Program-made: the position numbers and the translations under genes
Shown here: positions 15,961 to 25,800 of the stretch, one piece after another
Position numbering within the stretch: position 1 is the first letter of the stretch
Layout of the letters: each line of letters starts with the position of its first letter
Origin: a virus
Lineage: Duplodnaviria; Caudoviricetes
Length of the DNA stretch: 57,039 nucleotides
Virus record (IMG/VR): IMGVR_UViG_3300007960_000027
Span: 1-57,039 of that record
Direction: 5' to 3' (one strand)
The notes under the pieces: model-generated
Databases searched by the model: none
Told to the model about the DNA's origin: nothing
What the model saw: only the letters and a program-made list of their open reading frames with translations

Positions 15961-16230
15961 ATGCCGTACGTCAACAAACCACGCCCCTACAAGAAAGAGT
16001 GGCAGCAAGAGAAGGCCCGTAACGAGAAGGCCGCCCGCGCCGAACGGGCCAAGGCACGGCGCGCTTTCGACAAGAAGCATGGTAAGAAAGCCCGAGAAGG
16101 GCTGGACCTCAGCCACCGCAAGGACTTGTCCCGTGGTGGCGATAACTCGGACGGCGTGCGTCTGGAACGCCCAAGCGCAAACCGCGCGCGTGGGGGTGCC
16201 TTGAGCAAGCCACCTAAAAAGAGGGGTTGA
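15961..16230 (+). CDS. small HNH-like protein
   Basis: DLSHRKDLSRGGDN...SANR. Confidence 0.65.
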   Translation: MPYVNKPRPYKKEWQQEKARNEKAARAERAKARRAFDKKHGKKAREGLDLSHRKDLSRGGDNSDGVRLERPSANRARGGALSKPPKKRG

Positions 16231-16232
16231 GC

Positions 16233-16571
16233 ATGGACTACTCGATATTCGAGATGCTCGGCTTCTCTCCCTTCAACAAAGAGAAGGACCGTCCGGTGCA
16301 GCTGCCGGGGGGTCAACAAGCTACCGAGTATACCGCAACCGACCAGCTCGAAGATGGTTCTTGGATTGTGTATCCGCAGATATGGTTCGACCAAGAAGGA
16401 CAACCCCGTTGGCTGGGGGCAAACGCGCTAGAGATGGCGCTCATGCACGAAGCCAACACAGGGAAGCGCCTGCCACGGTTCGCTACCAGAGAAGAAGCGG
16501 ATGCGTTCTCCCAAGGTCGCTCGGCGGCAGGCGGCGGCAAGCGCGGCGGCATAGCAGATATAAGAAAATAA
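16233..16571 (+). CDS. hypothetical protein
   Basis: ORF filling the operon gap, GAGG RBS. Confidence 0.65.
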   Translation: MDYSIFEMLGFSPFNKEKDRPVQLPGGQQATEYTATDQLEDGSWIVYPQIWFDQEGQPRWLGANALEMALMHEANTGKRLPRFATREEADAFSQGRSAAGGGKRGGIADIRK

Positions 16572-16586
16572 TCGCCGGAGAACCAC

Positions 16587-18122
16587 ATGAAGATCGTTGA
16601 CAACCGCGCACTGCAGTTGCAGCTGCGCAACCCTACAAGAGTCACTACTGTCATCCCGAAAAGCAAACAGATCGGACCGCACGAGGTGCTGGTGCACTGG
16701 GGCGTTGAAGAAACGCAGGCCCTTCGTGAATTGAACATCAAAGTCCCGTCGCCAATCTTATCGCGCTACGACTGGCCCGGCCAGTACCCGCCGATGTCCC
16801 ACCAGAAAGCTACCGCGGACTTCCTCACCATGCACCGCAAGGCGTTCTGCTTCAACGAACAGGGTACGGGCAAGACGGCCAGCGCGATCTGGGCCGCGGA
16901 CTTTCTCATGAAACAGAAGAAGGTACGACGTGCGCTGGTCGTGTGCCCGATCTCTATCATGGACTCAGCGTGGCGTGCGGACCTGTTCAAGTTCGCCATG
17001 CACCGGACAGTGGACATTGCGCATGGCAGCTCGGACAAACGCAAGAAGATCGTAAACAGCGGCGCGGAGTTCATCATTATCAACTACGATGGCATCGGTA
17101 TCGTTGAAGAGGAAATACGCAACGGCGGGTTCGACCTCATCATCGTGGATGAGGCCTCACACTACAAGAACGCGCAGAGCAAGCGGTGGAAGATCATGAA
17201 GCGGCTCGTGCGCCCCGACACGTGGCTCTGGCTCATGACGGGCACCCCTGCAGCGCAGTCGCCGACCGATGCTTTCGGTCTCGCCAAGCTGGTTAGTCCG
17301 AACAACGTGCCAAAGTTCTACGGTGCGTTCCGTGACATGGTGCAACACAAAGTCACGCAGTTCCGCTGGGAGAACAAACCCACTGCGGTAGAGACGGTGC
17401 ACCGGGTGCTGCAGCCGGCCATCCGGTTCTCCAAGGACGAGTGTCTTGATCTGCCGGACATGCTGTACACAAGTCGCCACGTCCCCATGACGGCGCAGCA
17501 GGAGGTGTACTACAAGAAGCTGAAGAAAGACCTCATAATGGAGGCCGCAGGGGCCGAGGTCACCGCTGTCAACGCGGCTGTGAAGATGAACAAGCTGCTG
17601 CAGATCAGTGCAGGCGCGGTCTACACCGACGACGGCGACACGCTAGAATTCGACATCTCAGAGCGATACAAAGTGCTGCGTGAGGTCATCGACGAGACGA
17701 CCAAGAAGGCACTGGTGTTCGTGCCGTTCAAAAGCACGATCCGCATGTTGTCGGACACCCTGCAGGCCGATGGTATCACCACCGAAACTATCTCGGGTGA
17801 CGTGAGCGCCGGGGCGCGGACCGACATCTTCAAGCGATTTCAGACCGCGCCGGACCCACGGGTGCTGGTCATCCAGCCACAGGCCGCAGCGCACGGCGTC
17901 ACACTGACTGCGGCGAATACCGTTGTGTGGTGGGCACCCACGGCTTCGCTGGAGACGTACGCACAGGCTAACGCCCGCATCCACCGCTCCGGCCAGACCT
18001 CCAAGTGCACGGTAGTACATCTGGAGAGCGCCCCCGTGGAGCGCCGCCTGTACAGCATGCTGGAGCAGCGCATAGACGTCCATGCGCAGATACTCGATTT
18101 GTACAAAGATATGCTTGACTAA
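16587..18122 (+). CDS. SNF2-family helicase
   Basis: EQGTGKT, DEASH, TGTP, HGVTLT, QANARIHRSGQ. Confidence 0.95.
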   Translation: MKIVDNRALQLQLRNPTRVTTVIPKSKQIGPHEVLVHWGVEETQALRELNIKVPSPILSRYDWPGQYPPMSHQKATADFLTMHRKAFCFNEQGTGKTASAIWAADFLMKQKKVRRALVVCPISIMDSAWRADLFKFAMHRTVDIAHGSSDKRKKIVNSGAEFIIINYDGIGIVEEEIRNGGFDLIIVDEASHYKNAQSKRWKIMKRLVRPDTWLWLMTGTPAAQSPTDAFGLAKLVSPNNVPKFYGAFRDMVQHKVTQFRWENKPTAVETVHRVLQPAIRFSKDECLDLPDMLYTSRHVPMTAQQEVYYKKLKKDLIMEAAGAEVTAVNAAVKMNKLLQISAGAVYTDDGDTLEFDISERYKVLREVIDETTKKALVFVPFKSTIRMLSDTLQADGITTETISGDVSAGARTDIFKRFQTAPDPRVLVIQPQAAAHGVTLTAANTVVWWAPTASLETYAQANARIHRSGQTSKCTVVHLESAPVERRLYSMLEQRIDVHAQILDLYKDMLD

Positions 18123-18170
18123 GGTATCGTTTGGTACTAATTGTCACGTATAGATAACACGGAGCCCACC

Positions 18171-18575
18171 ATGACTGTTGATACTACCAAACCGTCGGTA
18201 GACGAGCTGACCCGCACGTTTGTCAGAATCCGCGATCGCCTTAAAGAGCGTGCCGCCGAGTTCAAAGCAGAAGAAGCAGACCTCAAATCCCAGCTTGACG
18301 TGATCAAGCGTGCTCTGCTTGATTACTGTTCTGAAAACGGCGTCGAAAGCGCTCGTACGGCGCACGGTACCTTCTACCGGACCACGAAAACCCGTTACTG
18401 GACTGGCGATTGGGGGGCCATGCACAAGTTTGTGCTGGCGCATGGAGTGCCTGACTTCTTGGAGAAGCGCCTCAACCAATCGGTGGTCAAGCAGTTTCTG
18501 GAGGATAACCCTGAACAGGTGCCTCCCGGGTTGAACACCGACGTGGAATACGTCGTAACTGTAAGGAAGACCTGA
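18171..18575 (+). CDS. conserved phage replication-module protein
   Basis: coiled coil, RTAHGT, DW...F, LEKRL; GGAG RBS. Confidence 0.75.
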   Translation: MTVDTTKPSVDELTRTFVRIRDRLKERAAEFKAEEADLKSQLDVIKRALLDYCSENGVESARTAHGTFYRTTKTRYWTGDWGAMHKFVLAHGVPDFLEKRLNQSVVKQFLEDNPEQVPPGLNTDVEYVVTVRKT

Positions 18576-18772
18576 TGGCCCCCACGTACGCCACAATCAA
18601 AGAAATCGCGGACTACTTCAAAGTGTCCGTGTCCACCATTCGGAACTGGGTTCGCAGCGGGACCATTCCGGAAGACACCTACATCAAGGCCGGAGAGACC
18701 TACCGCTTCAACCTTGATCGGGTAGAGAAAGCGCTACTGCGCAGCAACGAGTCGAAGGAGAACGACAAATGA
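18575..18772 (+). CDS. excisionase-like (HTH_17) DNA-binding protein
   Basis: TIKEIADYFKVSVSTIRNWVRSG..P...YRF. Confidence 0.85.
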   Translation: MAPTYATIKEIADYFKVSVSTIRNWVRSGTIPEDTYIKAGETYRFNLDRVEKALLRSNESKENDK

Positions 18773-19686
18773 CAATGGACCTTTCTGCGTTCGAGGGGAA
18801 CGCTCTGGTATCGTCCGACGCATTCAAGCGGATGATGGAGGTGAACAAAAGCCTGTCTGGTGGTGAGGGGGGCACCGGACGCCGCATCAGCATCAAGGGC
18901 GGTCGCTTCCGTGAGATCGTCAACGGCGAGCAGGTGAACGTCAACAGCTCCGGATCGCTGAACTTGGTCGTGCTGGGCACGTCCAAAATCGGACGTACCT
19001 ATTTCGAGGGTACATACGATCCCGAGAACCCGACAGGGCCAACGTGCTGGTCTGCGGACAGTGAAACTCCCGCCGCGGAGGTACCGGCCGATAAGCGTAA
19101 GGCCTCCAAGTGCCGTGACTGTCCGATGAACATCAAAGGTTCCGGACAGGGTAATAGCCGGGCGTGTCGGTTCAACCAGCGGCTGGCCGTGGCCCTCGAA
19201 GGTCAGTATGAGAAAGTGTATCAGCTGCAGCTGCCCGCCACGTCGCTGTTCGGCGAGGCCAAGGACAACAAGTACGGCATGCAGGCCTATGCACGGTTCA
19301 TGAGCGCCCGTGGGTTCCCGGTCAGTGCTGTGGTTACCACCGCCTACTTCGATGAAAACAGCGAAACGCCGAAGCTGTTCTTCAAGCCGGCCCGCCCCCT
19401 GAGCGATGAGGAGTTGACGCAAGTCGACACCCTGATGCGTGATCCGGACGTGGAAAAGGCAACCACACTGACCGTGTATCAGCGCGACGAAGGTGAAGAC
19501 AGTGCTGGCTCCAAGCCGTATAACCCGAAGTCGCAAGGGTTTGAGGTTGACGACACGCCTGCACCGAAGGCCGAACAATCGGTCGAAAAGCCGGTCGAAG
19601 AGCCGACCAAGCGCGAGGCCAAGCCCGCCGCGGCAGCAGAACCGCAACAGCTTAGTTCCCTCGTGTCTGCATGGGATGACGAATAA
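18769..19686 (+). CDS. putative single-stranded DNA-binding protein
   Basis: Cys-containing core, acidic tail ending WDDE, located before the primase. Confidence 0.55.
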   Translation: MTMDLSAFEGNALVSSDAFKRMMEVNKSLSGGEGGTGRRISIKGGRFREIVNGEQVNVNSSGSLNLVVLGTSKIGRTYFEGTYDPENPTGPTCWSADSETPAAEVPADKRKASKCRDCPMNIKGSGQGNSRACRFNQRLAVALEGQYEKVYQLQLPATSLFGEAKDNKYGMQAYARFMSARGFPVSAVVTTAYFDENSETPKLFFKPARPLSDEELTQVDTLMRDPDVEKATTLTVYQRDEGEDSAGSKPYNPKSQGFEVDDTPAPKAEQSVEKPVEEPTKREAKPAAAAEPQQLSSLVSAWDDE

Positions 19687-19692
19687 TTTAGA

Positions 19693-19714
19693 GGCGGGGC
19701 GTTCGCGCCCCGCC
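19693..19714. other. 9-bp GC hairpin with TTCG loop
   Basis: ggcggggcg-ttcg-cgccccgcc; no U-tract. Confidence 0.6.
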
Positions 19715-19737
19715 CGCACACAAGCGGGGGCAAGCAC

Positions 19738-22557
19738 ATGGACACACGTACGTTTCTGTCCAGCACGTTGGCGACTGATGGGTACTACTGTCTGTGGGTA
19801 TTCAACCGGACCAATGGGCGGAAGATACAGAACTTCTACGCCACAATAGAGCAGCTGGAAGCTGCCGCACTGGACTATGACCTCAAGGGATGGGATGCGT
19901 ATTTCGCCCTTGCTACGTTCAAGACCGACCAGAACCGCACCTCGGACAACGCGCACAAGCTGCGGTGCTTCTTTCTGGACTTGGACTGCGGACCCGAGAA
20001 AGAGTATCCGGACCAAGTGACAGCAGTGCAATCATTGCAGAATTTCTGCATGCGTATGGCACTGCCGAAGCCACTGCTGGTCAACAGCGGGCGCGGCATC
20101 CACGTCTACTGGATCATGGACCGCGACCTGACACGCGATGAGTGGCAGCCCGTGGCGGATCAACTCAAGGCCGCGTGCGTTCAGCACCGATTTCCGATGG
20201 ACGCAGCAGTACCTGCGGACGCGGCACGCATCTTGCGCGTACCGGGAACTCATAACCACAAAGACAGCCCGCCATCACCAGTTACTGCGTTATCCCAAGC
20301 AGGGGCAAAGCGGGTGGCGTTCGAGACGTTTGCGTCCAAGTTTGACGGGGTCGTGGTTGAGAAACCTCGGCGTACGCCGAGGGCTATGGACCCCGTTACG
20401 CAGCAGTTGATGGGCAACAAGACCAACAATTTCAAGAAGCTCATCACCCGGTCTGACCCCTGCGCGCAGATCATGCACGCCGCGCTTAACCAGCGCGCTG
20501 TGGGGGAACCCCTGTGGCGGGCCACACTGTCTATCGCTGTACATTGCGAAGACGCCGACAAGGCCATACACGCCGTGTCCAGAGAGCACCCGGACTACGA
20601 CCCGCGCGCTACCGAGGAGAAGGCCAGCCGAATCAAGGGCCCGTACCTGTGCAGTCGGTTCGAAGAGTATAACCCCGGCGGCTGCGACGGGTGCCCGCAC
20701 AAGGGCAAGATCAAGTCTCCCATTGTTCTCGGCAGCGAACTACGCGCCGCAGAGACGGAAGAGGAGCGCACGGTAGAGGTGCCCGCAGACATTCAGTTCG
20801 ACAGCACCCTGCGCACTACGAAAGTAGTCGTGCCGAAACCACCTGCGCCGTACATACGGGGGGTCAACGGAGGCGTGTACAAACAGACCAAGGACGATGA
20901 CGGTGATCCCGTTGACGTTCTGGTCTACCACCACGATCTGTATGTCACTCGTCGCGTCTACGACAAGAAGTTTGGGGACGGGGTGCTGGTCAGACTGCAC
21001 CTCCCCCAAGACGGCCTCAGAGAGTTCTTAGTATTGCAGAGTGCTGTGAACTCCCCGGAGAAGCTAAAAGAGGCCCTGAGTTCACGAGGCGTGACCGCCA
21101 AGACCAAAAAGCAATGGGACAACATAGGGTATTACATCATGGACTACGTCGATCACCTGCAAGCCAAAGAACCCGCGGACAAAGCACATCGCCAGATGGG
21201 GTGGACCGATAACATGGAGTCGTTTGTGCTCGGAGAGAAGGAATACTTCCCCGGCAGCGTGCGGCATAGCCCGCCGACCGAACCGACCGAAGTTGTCGTC
21301 TCCTACATGAAACCCAAAGGCACGCTGGAGAAGTGGAAAGAACTGATGCAGTTCTACAACCACGCCGGTATGGAGTTGCACCAGCTGATTATCTGCAGCG
21401 CGTTCGGTGCCCCGCTTATGGAATTCACCGCGATCCCCGCAATGTTGCTGCACCTCGACGGGCCGACCGGGTTCGGTAAGTCCACAACGCAGGCCGCGGC
21501 TGCGAGTGTATACGGCAAGCCCGACGGCATCATGATTAAGGCCGACGACACGAACGCCTCGACCTTCAACCGGTTCGAAATGATGAAGAACCTGCCGATC
21601 TATCTGGACGAGTTGACGAACTGCGCGCCCGCCGAGGCCAGCACTATTGCGTACAGCCTGTCCGCAGGGCAGCAGCGCATGCGTATGTCCTCCGGGTCTA
21701 ACCGGGAACGTGAGCGGGGGGAGCCTTGGCACCTGACCGCCGTCAGTTCCGGTAACGCCTCTCTGGTGGCCATCCTTGAGGCTGGCAAAGCCAACCCGGA
21801 TGCGGAACGCGAACGTGTGTTTGAGGTCAACATCAAGGAGTATATCTACCCGTACCCGAAGCCGGTCGCCGACGCGTTCCAGCGAGCCATCAACGGGCAG
21901 TCTTACGGTGTCGCCGGTCCGGTGTATATCGAGTGGCTGGTCAACAACAAAACGACCGCAGAGGATTTTCTGTTGAAGACACAGGAGCGTCTTGACGCTG
22001 CGTGCGGCATGTCGTCCACCAACCGGTTCATTTCGGCGTCGTTCGCGGCGTATCTGGCAGGCGGGATGCTGGCCAAGCAGCTGGGCCTCATCGACTTCGA
22101 CATGCGGAAGGTGTTCGACCTCGTCGTTCGACTGGTGCGGGAGCGGCTGGAGTACAACAAGGAGAGCAAGCGGTCCAGCTTGGAGTTCTTGACACAATAC
22201 ATCACAGAGAACTGGAACAACGTACTGCGCATCGAAAGCACCATGGACCGGCGCGCTAAGGACGCCACCGGGGTGGCAGATGAGTTCGTTGTTCCGGACG
22301 CCACGCCGAAAGCATCCCTGATCGCACGGTGGGAGCCCGACACGAAGCGCCTCTACCTGCTGCCAAAGCCCTTCCAGAAATGGTGCGTGGACCAGCAGCT
22401 GCACATGAAAGGTGTGATGGAGGACATCAAGCGGACAAATCCGGTGGAGTATAAGAAGGTGCGGATCGACAAGGGGACGAAGATGAACATGGCCGCCATC
22501 CACGCGTACGTGATTGAACTGCCAGCTGAGGCGCTGGATGCGGGCACCGGGGATTGA
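19738..22557 (+). CDS. primase (RepB/AEP-like) fused to DUF927 helicase
   Basis: FLDLD, SGRGIHVYW, RILRVPGT, Cys cluster, MGW, GPTGFGKST, LDE. Confidence 0.9.
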   Translation: MDTRTFLSSTLATDGYYCLWVFNRTNGRKIQNFYATIEQLEAAALDYDLKGWDAYFALATFKTDQNRTSDNAHKLRCFFLDLDCGPEKEYPDQVTAVQSLQNFCMRMALPKPLLVNSGRGIHVYWIMDRDLTRDEWQPVADQLKAACVQHRFPMDAAVPADAARILRVPGTHNHKDSPPSPVTALSQAGAKRVAFETFASKFDGVVVEKPRRTPRAMDPVTQQLMGNKTNNFKKLITRSDPCAQIMHAALNQRAVGEPLWRATLSIAVHCEDADKAIHAVSREHPDYDPRATEEKASRIKGPYLCSRFEEYNPGGCDGCPHKGKIKSPIVLGSELRAAETEEERTVEVPADIQFDSTLRTTKVVVPKPPAPYIRGVNGGVYKQTKDDDGDPVDVLVYHHDLYVTRRVYDKKFGDGVLVRLHLPQDGLREFLVLQSAVNSPEKLKEALSSRGVTAKTKKQWDNIGYYIMDYVDHLQAKEPADKAHRQMGWTDNMESFVLGEKEYFPGSVRHSPPTEPTEVVVSYMKPKGTLEKWKELMQFYNHAGMELHQLIICSAFGAPLMEFTAIPAMLLHLDGPTGFGKSTTQAAAASVYGKPDGIMIKADDTNASTFNRFEMMKNLPIYLDELTNCAPAEASTIAYSLSAGQQRMRMSSGSNRERERGEPWHLTAVSSGNASLVAILEAGKANPDAERERVFEVNIKEYIYPYPKPVADAFQRAINGQSYGVAGPVYIEWLVNNKTTAEDFLLKTQERLDAACGMSSTNRFISASFAAYLAGGMLAKQLGLIDFDMRKVFDLVVRLVRERLEYNKESKRSSLEFLTQYITENWNNVLRIESTMDRRAKDATGVADEFVVPDATPKASLIARWEPDTKRLYLLPKPFQKWCVDQQLHMKGVMEDIKRTNPVEYKKVRIDKGTKMNMAAIHAYVIELPAEALDAGTGD

Positions 22558-22759
22558 CGACCTATTTCCTGACGGACTGCCCATCACCGTTGCGTGGGAT
22601 ACGTGGCGCGTTGGGCAGTCCGTATTCGTGCCGTGCATCAACACAAAAAAGGCTGTGGTACAGGCTCGGGCTGTGGCCCGTCGGAAACAGTATACACTGG
22701 AATCGCAGGTTCGGATAGAGAACGGCTATTTAGGGGTTCGCATATGGAGAACCACATGA
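22538..22759 (+). CDS. small phage protein (GVRIWR type)
   Basis: VGQSVFVPC...GVRIWR. Confidence 0.7.
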   Translation: MRAPGIDDLFPDGLPITVAWDTWRVGQSVFVPCINTKKAVVQARAVARRKQYTLESQVRIENGYLGVRIWRTT

Positions 22760-22809
22760 TATAGATGGTCGGGTAACAACAGTCCTGTTGTTCTCCGCTT
22801 ATCTACTGC

Positions 22810-22843
22810 CCCGCAGGTGCCCCCCGCACCTGCGGGTTTTTTT
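22810..22843 (+). terminator. rho-independent terminator ending the rightward arm
   Basis: cccgcaggtgc-ccccc-gcacctgcggg followed by T7. Confidence 0.9.
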
Positions 22844-25800
22844 AATTGAGGCCGAACTGCTCCCAGAACGTGGTCGGGCTGTCGTACTCCGCAGCCATCT
22901 GCCGGATCATGGGCAGGTTCCGGTTGTTGAAGATCATACCGTTGACCGCCCGCTGCGTTGTCTGTTCGAAGGTGCGCGCCGACCGCTTCAACGTGTCCCG
23001 AGTGATCGCCTGCTGCGGATGCCGCTTGTTGTACTCGCGGATTTCGGCCAAGACCTCCCGTATCCCAACTGCATCGTTGTTCCGCCGGGCAAGGTTCAGC
23101 TTCCGCATCAGCTTGGACTTCTTCTCCACAATGGCGGTGTCGATGTTTTTCAGCTGCGTGTTGGCTTCCAGCTGCCGGATGTAGTCCGCGGAGGAGAAAC
23201 CCAAAGCCTGCGCCATAATACTGTATGGTCCGAAGTCATCATAGATCACGTCACCGCGCAGGGTCTCTGCCCCGTTTTGTGCGAACCGGAAGGCACGCAC
23301 CACACTGCCGAGAGATACGGGAAGAGCAGCCTCTATGGCCCGGCGATATTCCCCTTCGGACAGCAACGCCGGAATACGCTCGCTGTACCTGATAAGCAGA
23401 CTCGCAATCGGTCCACCAGCGCCTTCGATGAGGTTCATGACCGCGCCTTGGCTGTCCGCACGAAGCGGTTCACGGTAGAAGGTGTTGGACAGACCGATAC
23501 GGCTCGACACCTCGACGCCGAAGAAATAGTTACCGATGCCCTTGAAGCCCAGTTCGCCAAGCGATGTGCGGACGATGGTGTCAAAGTCCTCTTCGTCGTC
23601 CTCAGTGAACAGCGTGTCGAACAACGATGCAAACGCCCCGTACATTGGCAGGCCGGATGCACCGGCCCAGAGACCAACGCTGCCGACGATACCACCGAAC
23701 TGGAAGCGTGCGACCTTCCGCATCATCAGGGCTTCATTGTACTCGGGCGTACCCTCGCCATACATCTCGGCCAGTTTGGCTTTGCTTGGGAACGACTTGT
23801 TCGCCACTGACAGCAGCAGATTGTACATGGCCAGCGGATACCGCCGGAACAGATAGAACGGCGCACCGATGTTGCCCTGCGCCAGCTTCGGCGCAGCGGC
23901 GGCAGAGATGCTGCCGTTGGTCATCTCGGTCATGTACGCGGCCTTGTTGGCTGCGGCCTGCTTCTCTTCTACGGTCAGATCGGTCGGCCGTCCGCGCTTG
24001 GCTTTCTCGGACTGCAGGCGCTGTACCTCAAGGTCGTAGGCAGCGATCAGCGTGGACTCCCGCACGCTGCGTTCGAGATGGTGGAACAGGAAGCCGGACG
24101 TGCGGTTCATCTTTTCCCACACACCCGTGCCGATGCTGCCTTCGATGTCCAGCGTGTCGTAGTTGATGGAGTTGTGGAGAAGCCCCCGAGCCCGTGCCTC
24201 TTCGCGCAGGTAGTAGTACCGGCTGTTCTCGTCCATGTCGTAGTTGTCGAGCGAATAGTCCACGAGGTTTGTCGTGACCTTCCGGGTTTCCGTCTCGCCG
24301 CGTTCGTTGATGAACTCGACCACGCGTTCCCGTCCGCTGCCGCCGTAGACACGCATGGCGTTGCCCAGTGCCTTAACGGTCTGACGCATCCCGTACTCCC
24401 CGCTGAGGTACGGTGCGATGATGGTCGGAATAGCGAAAAAGTTGAGAGTCGCCGAGGATATGTTGGCACCCAGTGTCAGGCCGAAACCCAGCGACGTGGC
24501 GAGTTTGGATATTCTAGACCGATCACGGTAGATAGCCCCGGCATAGTCCTGCATGGCTTCCAGATAGACCTGTGCCTTGACCTGCTCGTCAAGACCGAGG
24601 CGACCACTGTTGACCCCGTCTTCAAACTCCTGCGTCATCCGATTGACCGCGGCCCGTGCCTTGGAGCCATACTCCATGTCAGCAAGCTGACGCGACAGGC
24701 TGGCACTTTTCTGCAGCAGCAGGTTCGTCGTATCGGTGCGGCTGAGTTTCTGCGAGATAGGCGTCTTGTCACCAAGATAGCCTTTGATGTTCTCACGCCT
24801 GCGATATGAGTTGAGGATAGACCGCTCCGGCGTCATCTCCAAAGCCAGCTTCACGACCTCTGCGTGGGTGGCACTTGCGCGGGCCATCTCTGCGTCGAGT
24901 ACCGCCTTTGCAGCTGCCCGCGACTGATCCATGGTGCCGCCTTGGGACAATACGCGGGCCTGCTCGGCGTTGCTCGCCGCACGTGCTTGCCGCTCCATCA
25001 TGCGACCGATGTCCATGACGAACTTGCTTGGAGGGGTCTGATTGCCACCGAATAGGTCGTTAATCTTTACGTACGCCCGCACATCGGTGATCCCGAGGCC
25101 CGGCTCCTCCTGCTGGAGTCGCTGCAGCTCTTTATATGCAGCGGCCCGGTCGCCCTCGGTGAGGAACGACTGCTTCGCCAGTGTGGGCTGCTTGGTCTCC
25201 GGGTCATTGTAGAAGTACGCCAGCCAGAACCGACCCTGACGCTGCAGCGGCTGGTACGGCACAACGACTTGATCTGCGAGGATTTTCTCGTAGATGTCTT
25301 TGTACAACGTCTCGCTGAGTTTTTTCTGGAACGGCAGCATCTCGTCCAGTCGGGCTTTCAGCACGCGACCGGTCTCTTTGTGCATGTTCTCGAACAGGGC
25401 GACGACCTTGTTGTACGCCTTCTGCCCGTCCGGCCCAAGGGCTACCCACTGCTTACGCAGCTTGCGGTAGGCATCCAGCGTCTCCTGATCGAAATCCCGG
25501 TGCGCTCGGGCCTGCGTACGGCTGGCCGTTTTGCCTGCATCAGTATCCTGCTTGAGCCGCGCGTTGAGGTCCACAAGCGCCGAATCCCGTTCAGCCTTGG
25601 TGGGATAGGACATCAACTCGACCCCATCCATCTCACCCTTGGCGTTCAGCTTCTTGTAGACCAGCGTATAGCCCGTGTAGAAGTTTTCCTTGCGGCGGGG
25701 GTCGATCTGCAATTCGCTGGCGATGAGACGGACATCGTTGAACAGGTCGGTCTTGTCCTTGGGCACCAGCTTCATGATGTCGTCAACGGTCTGCCGCGCA

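Noticed and set aside
18115-18143. Promoter TTGACT after the helicase gene
   Set aside because: No good -10 at 16-18 nt spacing
1520-22644. Long minus-strand ORFs opposite early genes (e.g. 2600..3685, 3839..5083, 21082..22644)
   Set aside because: Antisense shadows typical of high-GC coding DNA; the same applies to plus-strand ORFs over the late arm
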